DNA of 32,000 nt from Geotalea daltonii FRC-32. Its GTDB lineage: Bacteria > Desulfobacterota > Desulfuromonadia > Geobacterales > Geobacteraceae. The position numbers and the translations under genes are program-made. Shown in pieces: positions 18,526 through 26,850 of the stretch. Position 1 is the first letter of the stretch. Every line of letters begins with the position of its first letter. The notes below the pieces were generated by a model. The model had not been told where the DNA came from. It saw nothing but the letters and a program-made list of their open reading frames with translations, and ran no database searches. The stretch spans positions 510,001-542,000 of the forward strand of contig NC_011979.1 of the NCBI RefSeq assembly GCF_000022265.1, read 5' to 3'.

Positions 18526-19139
18526 TGTAGCGTCACCACCTTGGAGATATAGTTACCAACCAGCTTGTCCTGGTCACCTTTGTTGATATTTTCCTTGAGT
18601 TTCTTCTCGGCAATCTCAACAGCCAGACGTGCAGCTTCTTCCCTGAGCTCGGCCTTGGCCTTCAGGACTTCCTGCTGTGCCGTCTGCTCGGCCTGCTCCT
18701 TGATCTTCTGGGCAGCGGCCTTGGCTTCGGCAATAATGCGTGCCTTTTCCAGCTCCCCCTCCTGCTTCATTGCTGCGGAAATATCTTCAATTTCCCTGTT
18801 AGCCTTTTCCAGTTTCTCACTGTACTCGGCAAACTTTTTTTCGGCCTGTTCTTTCGCCTCGACTGCCTCCTTCAGCATCTTTTCAATGCCGGTACGGCGG
18901 TCTGCCAGGGCTCCTTTTACGTTCGCCTTCTTCAGTGCCCAGGCCAACAGTGCAAAGAGGGCGGCAAAGTCGAGGCAGCGCCAGGCGAAGTCTTTCATCT
19001 GTTTGCCGGTGTCCACTTGGTGTGCACCTTCGCCTCCTTCCGAGGCGAAGCCTAAGGCAGCAAGGGCGACCAACAAGACACAAATCGCCAGGGTAACTTT
19101 TGCAGGTGTAGGTGTTATGTATTTGCGCATGCTTCTCAT
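18522..19139 (-). CDS. atpF: Fo ATP synthase subunit b with an N-terminal signal-peptide-like extension
   Basis: The charged coiled-coil stalk ([13 protein letters not shown]...[19 protein letters not shown]) is preceded by a b-type TM helix ([12 protein letters not shown]). An additional N-terminal hydrophobic segment is also present. The ATG immediately follows the atpX stop. Confidence 0.88.
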
Positions 19140-19565
19140 CTAAATACTCCTTCCAAGAACTTTTTCGCAGATTTCAGAAGAAAGGGACAGCGCTTGCTCT
19201 TTAAGGAGTTGTCTGGCATCGGCTGATTCTTTTGCTACCTTGCTTTTGATTGCGGAAAGGGTGTCGGCCGCATCCTTTCTTGCTTTATCGATAATAGCAG
19301 CCTCTTCAACCTGAGCTTCCTTGCGCAGGCCGGACCGCTCGTCCGTGGCGCGGGCCTTGATCTCACGCATGCGGTTCTCATAGAGGGCGTGTTTTTCCTG
19401 GACTTCTTTGTCAACGGACGCTGACTTCTCTTTTGCGCCGCTGATTTCGGCATTTCTTTGGGCAAGCACCTTCCTGATCGGCTTGAAGAGGAAGATGTTG
19501 AGAACAAGCATCAGGAGCAGAAAATTGACAAGCTGGAAAACGAAGGAAAAGTCTAGATTAATCAC
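19140..19565 (-). CDS. atpX: Fo ATP synthase subunit b'
   Basis: 141 aa with a single N-terminal TM helix (FVFQLVNFLLLMLVLNIFLFKPI). A long charged helix follows. It is the first gene of the atpX-F-H-A-G-D-C cluster. Confidence 0.85.
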   Translation of the reverse strand: MINLDFSFVFQLVNFLLLMLVLNIFLFKPIRKVLAQRNAEISGAKEKSASVDKEVQEKHALYENRMREIKARATDERSGLRKEAQVEEAAIIDKARKDAADTLSAIKSKVAKESADARQLLKEQALSLSSEICEKVLGRSI

Positions 19566-19727
19566 CCAACCACCTCTTGCTATGTTGTGAATTTAAGTTA
19601 AGTTATTTTTATTTACGATATGTTGGAGTACTCAGGAGGTAAAGCACGTGATAGCTATCATACCACCTGCGAGAAGTCAAGTTATTTGTCTGAAAAAACC
19701 TTGTAGTTTTTCTGAATCAGGATGGTA

Positions 19728-20564
19728 CTAGAGGTTAAGCAGTTCGATGAGGCGGATCAGCTCCTTCTGGTCATGGTAACTGATCTCGATTTTCCCCCCC
19801 TTGCCGCTTGGACGGAGGTTGATTTTGGTTTTGAAGTGGCGCTGCATCCGCTCGGTGAGATCAACCAGGTGTGGATCTGCTTGCTTTTTAGGTTTGGCCT
19901 GCTTGTTGGCCTTCATATCCTTGACCAACGATTCGGTGGCTCGCACAGTTAATTTTTTTCTTACTACCGTCTCGCGAGCTTCTTTCATCTGTTCTGCAGT
20001 ATCGAGTGTCAGCAGCGCCCGGGCATGGCCCATGGAAAGTCGATCTTCAATGACATCGAGCTTTATTTCGGCGGGTAATTTCAGAAGCCTGATTGCATTA
20101 GCTACGGTGGAGCGGTCTTTTCCAACCCTTTTCGCGAGTTCCTCCTGGGAAAGATTGAATCGTTCCAGCAGAGAGTGGTATGCCTCAGCTTCTTCGACGG
20201 CATTGAGGTCTTCACGCTGGATATTTTCTATCAGAGCCATTTCAAGGGCAGTATCCTCGGAGACATCCTGAATGACCACCGGAACCTCGTGAAGTCCGGC
20301 TTTCTGCGCGGCGCGCCAACGTCTTTCACCAGCAATCAGCTCGTAATGACTTCCTTTGGCTACAACGACCAGCGGCTGAATAATTCCCTTTTCGCGGATG
20401 GATGCAGCCAATTCCTCAAGCTTGTCATGGGCGAAAGATTTGCGAGGCTGGTCTTTGTTGGGGCGGATTTCTTCTATGGGGCAGCTGAAAAAGCGCCGTC
20501 CCTCTTCCTCGACTACGGGAAGAAGTGCGGCCATTCCTTTGCCCAGGCCGGTTTTTTTAACCAT
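19728..20564 (-). CDS. parB: chromosome partitioning protein ParB/Spo0J
   Basis: GLGKGMAALL at the N-terminus, then the ParB-box region PLVVV..YELIAGERRWRAA. The HTH region is LSQEELAKRVGKDRSTVANAIRLLKLP. A GGGAGG SD lies inside the parA 3' end, and the two genes overlap by 8 nt. Confidence 0.93.
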   Translation of the reverse strand: MVKKTGLGKGMAALLPVVEEEGRRFFSCPIEEIRPNKDQPRKSFAHDKLEELAASIREKGIIQPLVVVAKGSHYELIAGERRWRAAQKAGLHEVPVVIQDVSEDTALEMALIENIQREDLNAVEEAEAYHSLLERFNLSQEELAKRVGKDRSTVANAIRLLKLPAEIKLDVIEDRLSMGHARALLTLDTAEQMKEARETVVRKKLTVRATESLVKDMKANKQAKPKKQADPHLVDLTERMQRHFKTKINLRPSGKGGKIEISYHDQKELIRLIELLNL

Positions 20565-21345
20565 GCTGTACCTCCCGGCTGATTATTTCCTTGGCAAGAT
20601 CCATATAGCTGGTTGCTCCACGGGATGTTATATCGTAAAGAATGATCGGCTTGCCATGGCTGGGAGCTTCGGAAAGCCTGACGTTGCGTGGGACAACGGT
20701 TGTGAATGTTTCTTTCTTGAAGTGATTCCTTATTTCCTCGCTTACCTGGTGAGAAAGATTGTTTCTGGCATCAAACATGGTAAGTAGAATTCCTTCAATT
20801 CTGAGAGAAGGGTTTAGCCCCTTCTGAACCAGGGTTATGGTTTTCAGTATGTGAGATAGCCCTTCCATAGCGTAAAACTCACACTGCAGAGGTATCAGCA
20901 CCGATTCGGCCGCGGTCATCGAGTTGACGGTCAGTAATCCCAGCGAAGGGGGGCAGTCGATAAGTATGTAGTCATAGGCTTGGACAAGGGGGGCAAGGGC
21001 GTGTTTCAGCTTCAATTCCCTGCCAATGATAGAGACAAGTTCCAGTTCGGCTCCGGCAAGCTCGCCGTTTGCCGGGAGTATGTCCAGGAATGGGAAACTG
21101 GTTTTGAGGATGGCTTTGTCCGGCTCCACATCATCAATAAGCACATCGTAAACTGTTGCTTCCAGATTGCTTTTGTCGATGCCTACACCACTTCCGGCGT
21201 TTCCCTGGGGGTCCATGTCTACGAGCAGAGTCCGTTTTTCAGCCACCGCCAGTGAAGCGGCGAGATTGACAGACGTTGTCGTTTTGCCCACGCCACCTTT
21301 TTGATTGGCTATGCAGATTATCTTTCCCATATGGTATTGTTCCAA
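20557..21345 (-). CDS. parA: chromosome partitioning ATPase ParA/Soj
   Basis: Deviant Walker A ANQKGGVGKTTT, plus DMDPQGN and IDCPPSLG. The start could be the second ATG at 21330 (MGKIIC). Neither candidate has a clear SD. Confidence 0.93.
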   Translation of the reverse strand: MEQYHMGKIICIANQKGGVGKTTTSVNLAASLAVAEKRTLLVDMDPQGNAGSGVGIDKSNLEATVYDVLIDDVEPDKAILKTSFPFLDILPANGELAGAELELVSIIGRELKLKHALAPLVQAYDYILIDCPPSLGLLTVNSMTAAESVLIPLQCEFYAMEGLSHILKTITLVQKGLNPSLRIEGILLTMFDARNNLSHQVSEEIRNHFKKETFTTVVPRNVRLSEAPSHGKPIILYDITSRGATSYMDLAKEIISREVQHG

Positions 21346-21386
21346 TAATTGTTAGGTAGACTGGTCGACTCATTCAAGGAGGAGGA

Positions 21387-21403
21387 TTCCGCTCGGAGCG
21401 GAA
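21387..21403. promoter_or_regulatory. 17-nt perfect palindrome in the parA / sensor divergent intergenic region (candidate operator)
   Basis: TTCCGCTC-G-GAGCGGAA, an 8+1+8 palindrome, lies 42-58 nt upstream of the parA ATG. By rough estimate, fewer than one such palindrome is expected by chance in 32 kb. Confidence 0.3.
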
Positions 21404-21476
21404 GAAAACTAACACATCAGCGCCTATATGGAAAGTTTTTTTTAAAGATCGGCGGGTTGCCTACCCCATAGCCGTG

Positions 21477-21504
21477 TTGCTTCCCTTAATGTGCACGGTA
21501 TACT
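21477..21504 (+). promoter_or_regulatory. candidate sigma70 promoter of the sensor gene
   Basis: TTGCTT, then 16 nt, then TATACT, ending about 28 nt before ATG 21533. It lies inside the N-terminal extension of the track ORF, which supports the shorter gene model. Confidence 0.35.
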
Positions 21505-21532
21505 TGCTGGAAATATTGCGCGGGGGGACACC

Positions 21533-22750
21533 ATGTCTCGCTTTGGTTCTCTGAGTATCAATACGAAATTCAATCTGATCATGTCCTGCCTGCTGATCGT
21601 GTTGTTCCTGTCAGCGTCCCTCCTCATCTATCAGCGGCAACGGTCACTGATTCTGAAAGTGGCCGTTGACAATGCACGCAGCATCGCCAAGCAGATCATC
21701 GAGACAAGGGATTACATCTCGTCCGTGGAGCATGGTGAACCTGAGCAAAATTATGCCTTGGTGCCCCAGGTAGTCGCTACGCAGATCGCCGCAAGGATGA
21801 CCAGGGACACCAAGTTCTATGTCCGCCAGGTGTCATTGCGTTACCGCAACCCTGGAAATCGGCCGGATGACTATGAGACCGAACAGCTGCAGAAATTCTC
21901 AGGCAAGGTCGTCAGGGAGAATTATCGGGTTGTCAGGGCTGGCGGGGAGGAGTCGTTTCGCTACATGCAATCAATGATCGCCGAGAAATCCTGCCTGACC
22001 TGTCACGGTAGTTATGAAACCGCCCCTCAATTTATCCGGGAACGTTTTCCTCGCGGTCATTATTCGTACAACTATAAACTGGGGGAGGTTATAGGCGCAG
22101 TTTCAGTAACCATTCCCATGTCCGAACTTTACCGCGATATCGGCACCAACCTTAAGTTGGACCTCATATACCGGGCGATCGTTTTCTTTATCATCATTGT
22201 GATTATGGCTGCCCTGCTCAAACGCATCATCATTCGTCCCATCAGAATGCTCTCTGAAAGCATAACTACTGTTACCAGAACCGATACGTTTACGCCGCTG
22301 CCAAAGACCTCAAATGATGAAATCGGTGATTTGATTGGGGCCTTTAATGACATGATGGATGAATTGGGCCGTAAAACTGCCCAGAGCCGTGAGTCTGAAC
22401 AGCGGTACAGAGAATTTATCGAAGTAGCCAGGTCTGCCGTCATAACATTCATGACCGATGGCAAGATTATAATTACCAATCAGAAGGCCGAGGAACTATT
22501 GGGTTCAAGCAGGTTGGAACTCCTCGGAGAGAACTTATTCAACTTCTTCCTGGAAGGTGAGCGGCTGAAACAGGAGGTTAATCTTTATCTGGAGGAGATC
22601 AGGAAAGGCAAGCGATCGGCCGCTACAATTTTTCATGTGGTGCGCAGTGTTGCAGGAGGCGAGCACAGGGTGGAGGTGGCTCTCTCTGCAACTCAGACGG
22701 ATTCACAACCTATGATCACTGCAATTCTGCGGGATGGGGAGGGGCGGTAA
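21533..22750 (+). CDS. membrane sensor with a periplasmic Tll0287-like (DUF3365) domain carrying CxxCH, then HAMP and PAS, and no output domain
   Basis: TM1 is FNLIMSCLLIVLFLSASLLIY. The periplasmic domain carries CLTCHG (nt 21992-22006) and YKLGEVIGAVSV, matching the DUF3365 signature CLxCHG...GYxxGDxRGAxS. TM2 is IVFFIIIVIMAALL. The HAMP region is IRPIRMLSE...IGDLIGAFNDMMDEL, followed by one PAS-like fold. ATG 21533 is preceded by GGGGGGA. Confidence 0.85.
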   Translation: MSRFGSLSINTKFNLIMSCLLIVLFLSASLLIYQRQRSLILKVAVDNARSIAKQIIETRDYISSVEHGEPEQNYALVPQVVATQIAARMTRDTKFYVRQVSLRYRNPGNRPDDYETEQLQKFSGKVVRENYRVVRAGGEESFRYMQSMIAEKSCLTCHGSYETAPQFIRERFPRGHYSYNYKLGEVIGAVSVTIPMSELYRDIGTNLKLDLIYRAIVFFIIIVIMAALLKRIIIRPIRMLSESITTVTRTDTFTPLPKTSNDEIGDLIGAFNDMMDELGRKTAQSRESEQRYREFIEVARSAVITFMTDGKIIITNQKAEELLGSSRLELLGENLFNFFLEGERLKQEVNLYLEEIRKGKRSAATIFHVVRSVAGGEHRVEVALSATQTDSQPMITAILRDGEGR

Positions 22751-22765
22751 GGGGTGTCGCAGGGC

Positions 22766-23476
22766 TCAAAGCAGATGAAGAAAACTGAGAAGTCTGGCCA
22801 TTGATGAGTTTACTACCTGCGTCTCGGTAATGCCTGCTTTGGCCAATAGGAGGAGGGCATCATCGAAAATACCTACTCCCTGGGCGATATGGGCATCGCT
22901 ACCGACGACGAGGGATGCACCATAGCGGGCGATAAGTTCCACAAGTCTTTCGCAGTTGGGCCGGCTTCCTTCACGGCTGATTCCCAGGGAGGCGTTGTTG
23001 ATTTCCAGAGCTGTCCCCGTATCCAAGGCTGCCTTTACAATTTTTTCGTAATCGAGTGGAAACAACGGGTTTCCCGGATGGGAAATGGCATGTATCCGCG
23101 GGTTGGCCATGGCATTTATGACAGCCTCGGTATTGTGCTCGATCCCTTGGCCATCGAATCCGCAGCCTTCGTGCAGCCCCGCCATCACAAAATCAAGGCG
23201 CTCCTGGTAACGGTCAGGCAGGTCGATATCTCCGTGTTCATTGAGGATGTTGGCTTCAGTGCCGCAGAGAATGCGAACTCCTGCTATTTCCCGGGGAATG
23301 AAACGTATGGCGCCGAAATGGTAAAGATGGGGGCCACCGGGCATTGCCGGGCCGTGATCAGTCAGGGCGATAGCCTTCAAACCTTTGCGTGCTGCAGCCT
23401 CTGCCAGCTCGTTCACTGTAGAATATGCGTGACCTGAAGCTATGGTATGGGTATGCATGTCGGCTATCAGTTCCAT
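22766..23476 (-). CDS. ycdX: PHP-domain metal-dependent phosphatase, YcdX-like
   Basis: DMHTHTIASGHAYST, ALTDHGP, GTEANI, MAGLHE, ISHPGNP, LEINN and GSDAHIA are collinear with E. coli YcdX as I recall it. ATG 23476 (MELIADMHTHT) matches the family N-terminus. The track's TTG start at 23512 adds 12 residues and has no SD. Confidence 0.88.
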   Translation of the reverse strand: MELIADMHTHTIASGHAYSTVNELAEAAARKGLKAIALTDHGPAMPGGPHLYHFGAIRFIPREIAGVRILCGTEANILNEHGDIDLPDRYQERLDFVMAGLHEGCGFDGQGIEHNTEAVINAMANPRIHAISHPGNPLFPLDYEKIVKAALDTGTALEINNASLGISREGSRPNCERLVELIARYGASLVVGSDAHIAQGVGIFDDALLLLAKAGITETQVVNSSMARLLSFLHLL

Positions 23477-23579
23477 GGTTGAGACTATTTCATACTCCCC
23501 TGGGAAAGTCAAGTAAGACTAATAATTTTGAGCTGTTACAGAATCCTTGAGCCCTAAGCTGAGAGCATAATGAATACAT

Positions 23580-23615
23580 AAAAAAAGGGCGCACCTGTTG
23601 GTGCACCCTTTTTTT
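23580..23615 (-). terminator. rho-independent terminator after atpE (symmetric)
   Basis: Stem GGGCGCACC (23587-23595) / GGTGCACCC (23600-23608) with one mismatch and loop TGTT. It is flanked by A7 (23580-23586) and T7 (23609-23615). On the minus strand it lies 18 nt beyond the atpE stop. Confidence 0.75.
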
Positions 23616-23633
23616 AATTCTGCTGAAACGAAA

Positions 23634-23909
23634 TTATTTCGCGACAGTTTTTGCCAGTTCGAGAGCGATATCCTTGTAGGGGTTGGCGAAGAGGATGATC
23701 AGACAGACAACAAGGGCGTAGATGGCAAGAGATTCGATCATGGCCAGACCGATCATCATGGTGGTGAGGATCTTACCGGAAGCGCCGGGGTTTCTGGAAA
23801 CGCCCTCAACAGCACTCTTGACTGCCAGACCCTGACCGATACCGGTTCCGAGGGTTCCAAGTGCCATACCGATACCTGCTGCGAGAACACACATTGTAAA
23901 AAAACTCAT
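23634..23909 (-). CDS. atpE: Fo ATP synthase subunit c
   Basis: The 91-aa protein forms a two-helix hairpin. It contains GTGIGQG in helix 1, the polar loop RNPGASG, the carboxylate motif MIESLAIY in helix 2, and LFANPY. Confidence 0.95.
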   Translation of the reverse strand: MSFFTMCVLAAGIGMALGTLGTGIGQGLAVKSAVEGVSRNPGASGKILTTMMIGLAMIESLAIYALVVCLIILFANPYKDIALELAKTVAK

Positions 23910-23982
23910 TTTTCCTTCTCCTTTGTTTTGAATATTTCCTAAATAGTATAGGAAAAAGCTTGATGGTTGGTAACAAGTATAA

Positions 23983-24672
23983 TTAATGACCTTCTTCGAG
24001 GGATCCCTGGATATAGATCATTGCCAGCAGCATGAAGACGAAAGCCTGGATGAAAGACACCAGCACGCCCATCAGCATCATCGGCAAGGGGACCAGAAAT
24101 GGAGCGAGGCCGAAGAAGATCATCAGTACGAGCTCGTGGCCATTCATATTGCCAAACAGACGAAGGGTGAGCGAGATTACTCGGCTGAAGTGTCCGATGA
24201 CCTCGATGAAAAACATCATTGGCGCCAGCCAGAGAATCGGTCCGAGGAAGTGTTTGATGTACTTCACACCATGTTCCTTGATACCAACGATGTGTGTGGT
24301 GACGAAGACAATAACGGCGCATGCCGCAGTGGTGTTGATGTTTGCTGTCGGCGGAAAGAATCCCGGGATGAGGCCGATGAGGTTGGACACCAGAATAAAC
24401 AGGGCGAGTGTTGCAATCAACGGGAAGAAGGGTTTACCATGCTCTCCCATTGTCTCAACAACCATGTTTTCGATTCCACCGATGATTACTTCCATGAAAT
24501 TCTGCATCTTGCCAGGTACAGATTTCAGGCCTTTTGTCGCCAGTATGGAAACGATCAGCAGAAGGGCTATGATCAGCCAGGTGTAGGCAATAGCATCGGC
24601 GCCCCCTTCGGATATGCCCAGAGGAGTCAGAAGATGTCTGAAAAACTGCAAAAAAAGAAACGGATGAACCAT
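23983..24672 (-). CDS. atpB: Fo ATP synthase subunit a
   Basis: 229 aa and polytopic. The conserved stator arginine region is [15 protein letters not shown], followed by [19 protein letters not shown]. Confidence 0.95.
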   Translation of the reverse strand: MVHPFLFLQFFRHLLTPLGISEGGADAIAYTWLIIALLLIVSILATKGLKSVPGKMQNFMEVIIGGIENMVVETMGEHGKPFFPLIATLALFILVSNLIGLIPGFFPPTANINTTAACAVIVFVTTHIVGIKEHGVKYIKHFLGPILWLAPMMFFIEVIGHFSRVISLTLRLFGNMNGHELVLMIFFGLAPFLVPLPMMLMGVLVSFIQAFVFMLLAMIYIQGSLEEGH

Positions 24673-24677
24673 TGATG

Positions 24678-25061
24678 CTAGCCTCCTTTGAGGGACAGAT
24701 ATATGGATAATGCAATTATATTGACGACAAGTACCGACAGGCCTATCAGAAGGCCGAAGATATCGACTTTTGCATATATAACCAGAAGCAATAATGCGAC
24801 CGCCAGAAGAGCCAGTCTCACAACATAGCGCAATATGGCAAAACGGGGCGCATCCTCAACCTGCAGCAGCAGAGCCCTCTGCAGAATGTTGCGCAACCAG
24901 TAAAAATTGGCGACTGCCAGCAGGCCGCCTGCCAAGATGCCTGCGGAAAAACGTGGTGAGGTAAATGAAGATGCGATCAGCGCCAGCAGGATGGTCAAGG
25001 CGATGCTGGCGCGGGAAAGAAGGGTAAAGAAATTATTTTCGCTTATCTTCACCCTCGTCAT
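24678..25061 (-). CDS. atpI: ATP synthase protein I-like small membrane protein
   Basis: 127 aa with four hydrophobic helices, located immediately upstream of atpB. The call rests mainly on position and topology. Confidence 0.7.
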   Translation of the reverse strand: MTRVKISENNFFTLLSRASIALTILLALIASSFTSPRFSAGILAGGLLAVANFYWLRNILQRALLLQVEDAPRFAILRYVVRLALLAVALLLLVIYAKVDIFGLLIGLSVLVVNIIALSIYLSLKGG

Positions 25062-25293
25062 CTTTTTTTATTTCTCTTCCGGCTATTATAAATATATTAC
25101 GGAACCCTGCGACAATGCCGAAAAACAGAAAAATGAAGAAGAACCAGGGCCTCGTTTCAAGCCATTTGTCAAGTGTCCAGCCTATGTAGACGCCAAGAGC
25201 GATTGCAACCGCCATGGAAATTCCCATGGTGGATATCATTCCTAGGGTCTTGATCAGCCTTTTTTTTTCCTCATCCATATATGCAGACGCCAT
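25033..25293 (-). CDS. atpZ: AtpZ/AtpR-type small membrane protein (putative Fo assembly/ion transport subunit)
   Basis: 86 aa with two TM helices (GMISTMGISMAVAIALGVYIGWTLD and PWFFFIFLFFGIVAGFRNI) and a charged C-terminus. It is the first gene of the atpZ-I-B-E cluster and overlaps atpI by 29 nt. Confidence 0.72.
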   Translation of the reverse strand: MASAYMDEEKKRLIKTLGMISTMGISMAVAIALGVYIGWTLDKWLETRPWFFFIFLFFGIVAGFRNIFIIAGREIKKDDEGEDKRK

Positions 25294-25319
25294 TTTTCAG
25301 GGCTACTTCAAAACAAGGC

Positions 25320-25349
25320 TTGATAGCACATTAAAGACGAGCTTGTCAA
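25320..25349 (-). promoter_or_regulatory. candidate sigma70 promoter of atpZ-I-B-E
   Basis: The minus strand reads TTGACA (plus-strand 25344-25349), then 18 nt, then TATCAA (25320-25325). The -10 element ends about 26 nt before the atpZ ATG. The call rests on motif match only. Confidence 0.35.
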
Positions 25350-25394
25350 CCATATTGCAACATGTTGTCATCAGTGGACGTGTTTTATTAGATT

Positions 25395-26678
25395 CTACAA
25401 TGCCCTGAATGATTTTTCAGCGGCCGCAATGGTTCGATCCAGGTCTTCGGTGGCATGGGCTATGGAGACGAAGGCAGTTTCATACTGTGACGGAGCCAGG
25501 TATATACCCTCCCCAAGCATGAGACGGAAATATTTGGCAAAAGCTTCGGTGTCGCATTTGGCTGCAGTTGTCCAGTCATAGACAGGGTCTTTGGAGAAAA
25601 AAGCGCAGAACATGCTGCCTACTCTGGCTGAATAAATGGGAAAGCCGGCTTTCTCAGCTGCTCTGGCAATACCCGCGGCAACGTAGGAACTTTTTTCTTC
25701 AAGATTTCGGTAAAAGCCTTCTGCCTGCAGAAGCTTTAGCGTTTCAATTCCTGCTGTCATTGCCAAAGGATTTCCCGAGAGTGTTCCCGCTTGATAGACC
25801 CCTCCTGAGGGGGAAAGCAGTGTCATGATTTCCTTCTTGCCTCCGAAAGCGCCGACCGGCAACCCGCCACCAATGATTTTGCCCAGTGTCGTCATGTCCG
25901 GCGTAACACCGTAGACTTCTTGCGCTCCACCGTAAGCAACCCTGAACCCGGACATTACTTCATCAAAGATGAGGACGATTCCTTCCTGGGTACACAGGGT
26001 GCGCAGACCTTCAAGGAAACCTTCCCGGGGGGGTACTGTACCCATATTGCCTGCAACAGGCTCGACGATGATACATGCGACTTGGCCTTTGTTCTCTGCA
26101 ATAAGAGTCCTCACCGATTCCAGGCTGTTATAGTCAGCGGTGAGGGTGTGCCGAGCAAAGTCCTGTGGAACGCCAGGAGAATCAGGCACCCCGAAAGTTG
26201 CGGCGCCGGAGCCTGCCTTGACCAGGAGTGAGTCGGAATGGCCATGGTAACATCCTGAGAATTTGAGGATCTTGTCCCGACCGGTGTATCCTCGGGCCAG
26301 TCGTATTGCGCTCATAGTGGCTTCGGTGCCGGAACTGACCATCCTCACCATTTCAATTGAAGGAACAGCATTAATCACCATTTCTGCGAGAGTGATCTCA
26401 AGTTCGGTAGGGGCGCCAAAGCTGCAGCCGCTATCTACTGCTGCTTTGACAGCGGAGGCTACTTGAGGATGACAGTGTCCGAGAATCATTGGCCCCCAGG
26501 AGCCTACAAAGTCGATGAACTGGTTGCCATCCACATCTTCTATTTTGCAGCCGGAAGCCTTTTTAATGAACAAGGGATCTCTGCCAACAGACTTGAAAGC
26601 TCGAACAGGGCTGTTTACCCCGCCGGGAATGGAGTTCTGCGCTTGTTTAAAAAGGTCGGCCGATCGGCTGAAATTCAT
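25395..26678 (-). CDS. hemL: glutamate-1-semialdehyde 2,1-aminomutase
   Basis: [50 protein letters not shown] and TLGKIIGGG (PLP lysine) are diagnostic. I prefer the second ATG at 26678 (MNFSRS), preceded by AGGGGA 8 nt upstream, over ATG 26696. Confidence 0.96.
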   Translation of the reverse strand: MNFSRSADLFKQAQNSIPGGVNSPVRAFKSVGRDPLFIKKASGCKIEDVDGNQFIDFVGSWGPMILGHCHPQVASAVKAAVDSGCSFGAPTELEITLAEMVINAVPSIEMVRMVSSGTEATMSAIRLARGYTGRDKILKFSGCYHGHSDSLLVKAGSGAATFGVPDSPGVPQDFARHTLTADYNSLESVRTLIAENKGQVACIIVEPVAGNMGTVPPREGFLEGLRTLCTQEGIVLIFDEVMSGFRVAYGGAQEVYGVTPDMTTLGKIIGGGLPVGAFGGKKEIMTLLSPSGGVYQAGTLSGNPLAMTAGIETLKLLQAEGFYRNLEEKSSYVAAGIARAAEKAGFPIYSARVGSMFCAFFSKDPVYDWTTAAKCDTEAFAKYFRLMLGEGIYLAPSQYETAFVSIAHATEDLDRTIAAAEKSFRAL

Positions 26679-26821
26679 GAATTGATCCCCTAACATATTA
26701 ATTTTAATGCCTTATCGCTGTGGTTCGTATCATGAAAAACTGCGTGATGTCAAGGGAATTAATCATCTGTTTCAGCGGCCTTGTGGAGCAAAAAAGGATG
26801 TTTACAGTCCCATTTTTTTCC

Positions 26822-26850
26822 TTGACAAAGAATGTTAAATGACTTAAATT
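26822..26850 (+). promoter_or_regulatory. candidate sigma70 promoter of the nuo operon
   Basis: TTGACA (26822-26827), then 17 nt, then TAAATT (26845-26850). This implies a leader of roughly 115 nt before nuoA. Confidence 0.45.

Noticed and set aside
21491-21532. N-terminal extensions in the ORF track: 5777, 9214, 12991, 21491, 23512 (minus strand), 26696 (minus strand) and 29589.
   Set aside because: In each case an internal ATG has a properly spaced SD and reproduces the usual family N-terminus. The longer versions start at TTG or GTG, or lack an SD, or in one case contain the candidate promoter.
23986-24675. A 229-aa ORF on the plus strand that mirrors atpB almost exactly (23983-24672, minus strand). 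Similar long antisense ORFs occur at 4539-5351, 6725-7543, 10755-11378, 14041-14652, 18565-19143 and 30193-31218.
   Set aside because: In every case the opposite strand encodes a protein with unmistakable family motifs. The antisense products are low complexity (rich in H/D/E/Q or in S/A/R), lack SD sequences, and match no family I recognise. Stop-poor antisense frames are expected opposite genes with this codon bias.
25358-25367. A 10-bp palindrome, CAACATGTTG, just upstream of the candidate atpZ promoter.
   Set aside because: About 30 such palindromes are expected by chance in this window, and the element is neither repeated nor otherwise supported.
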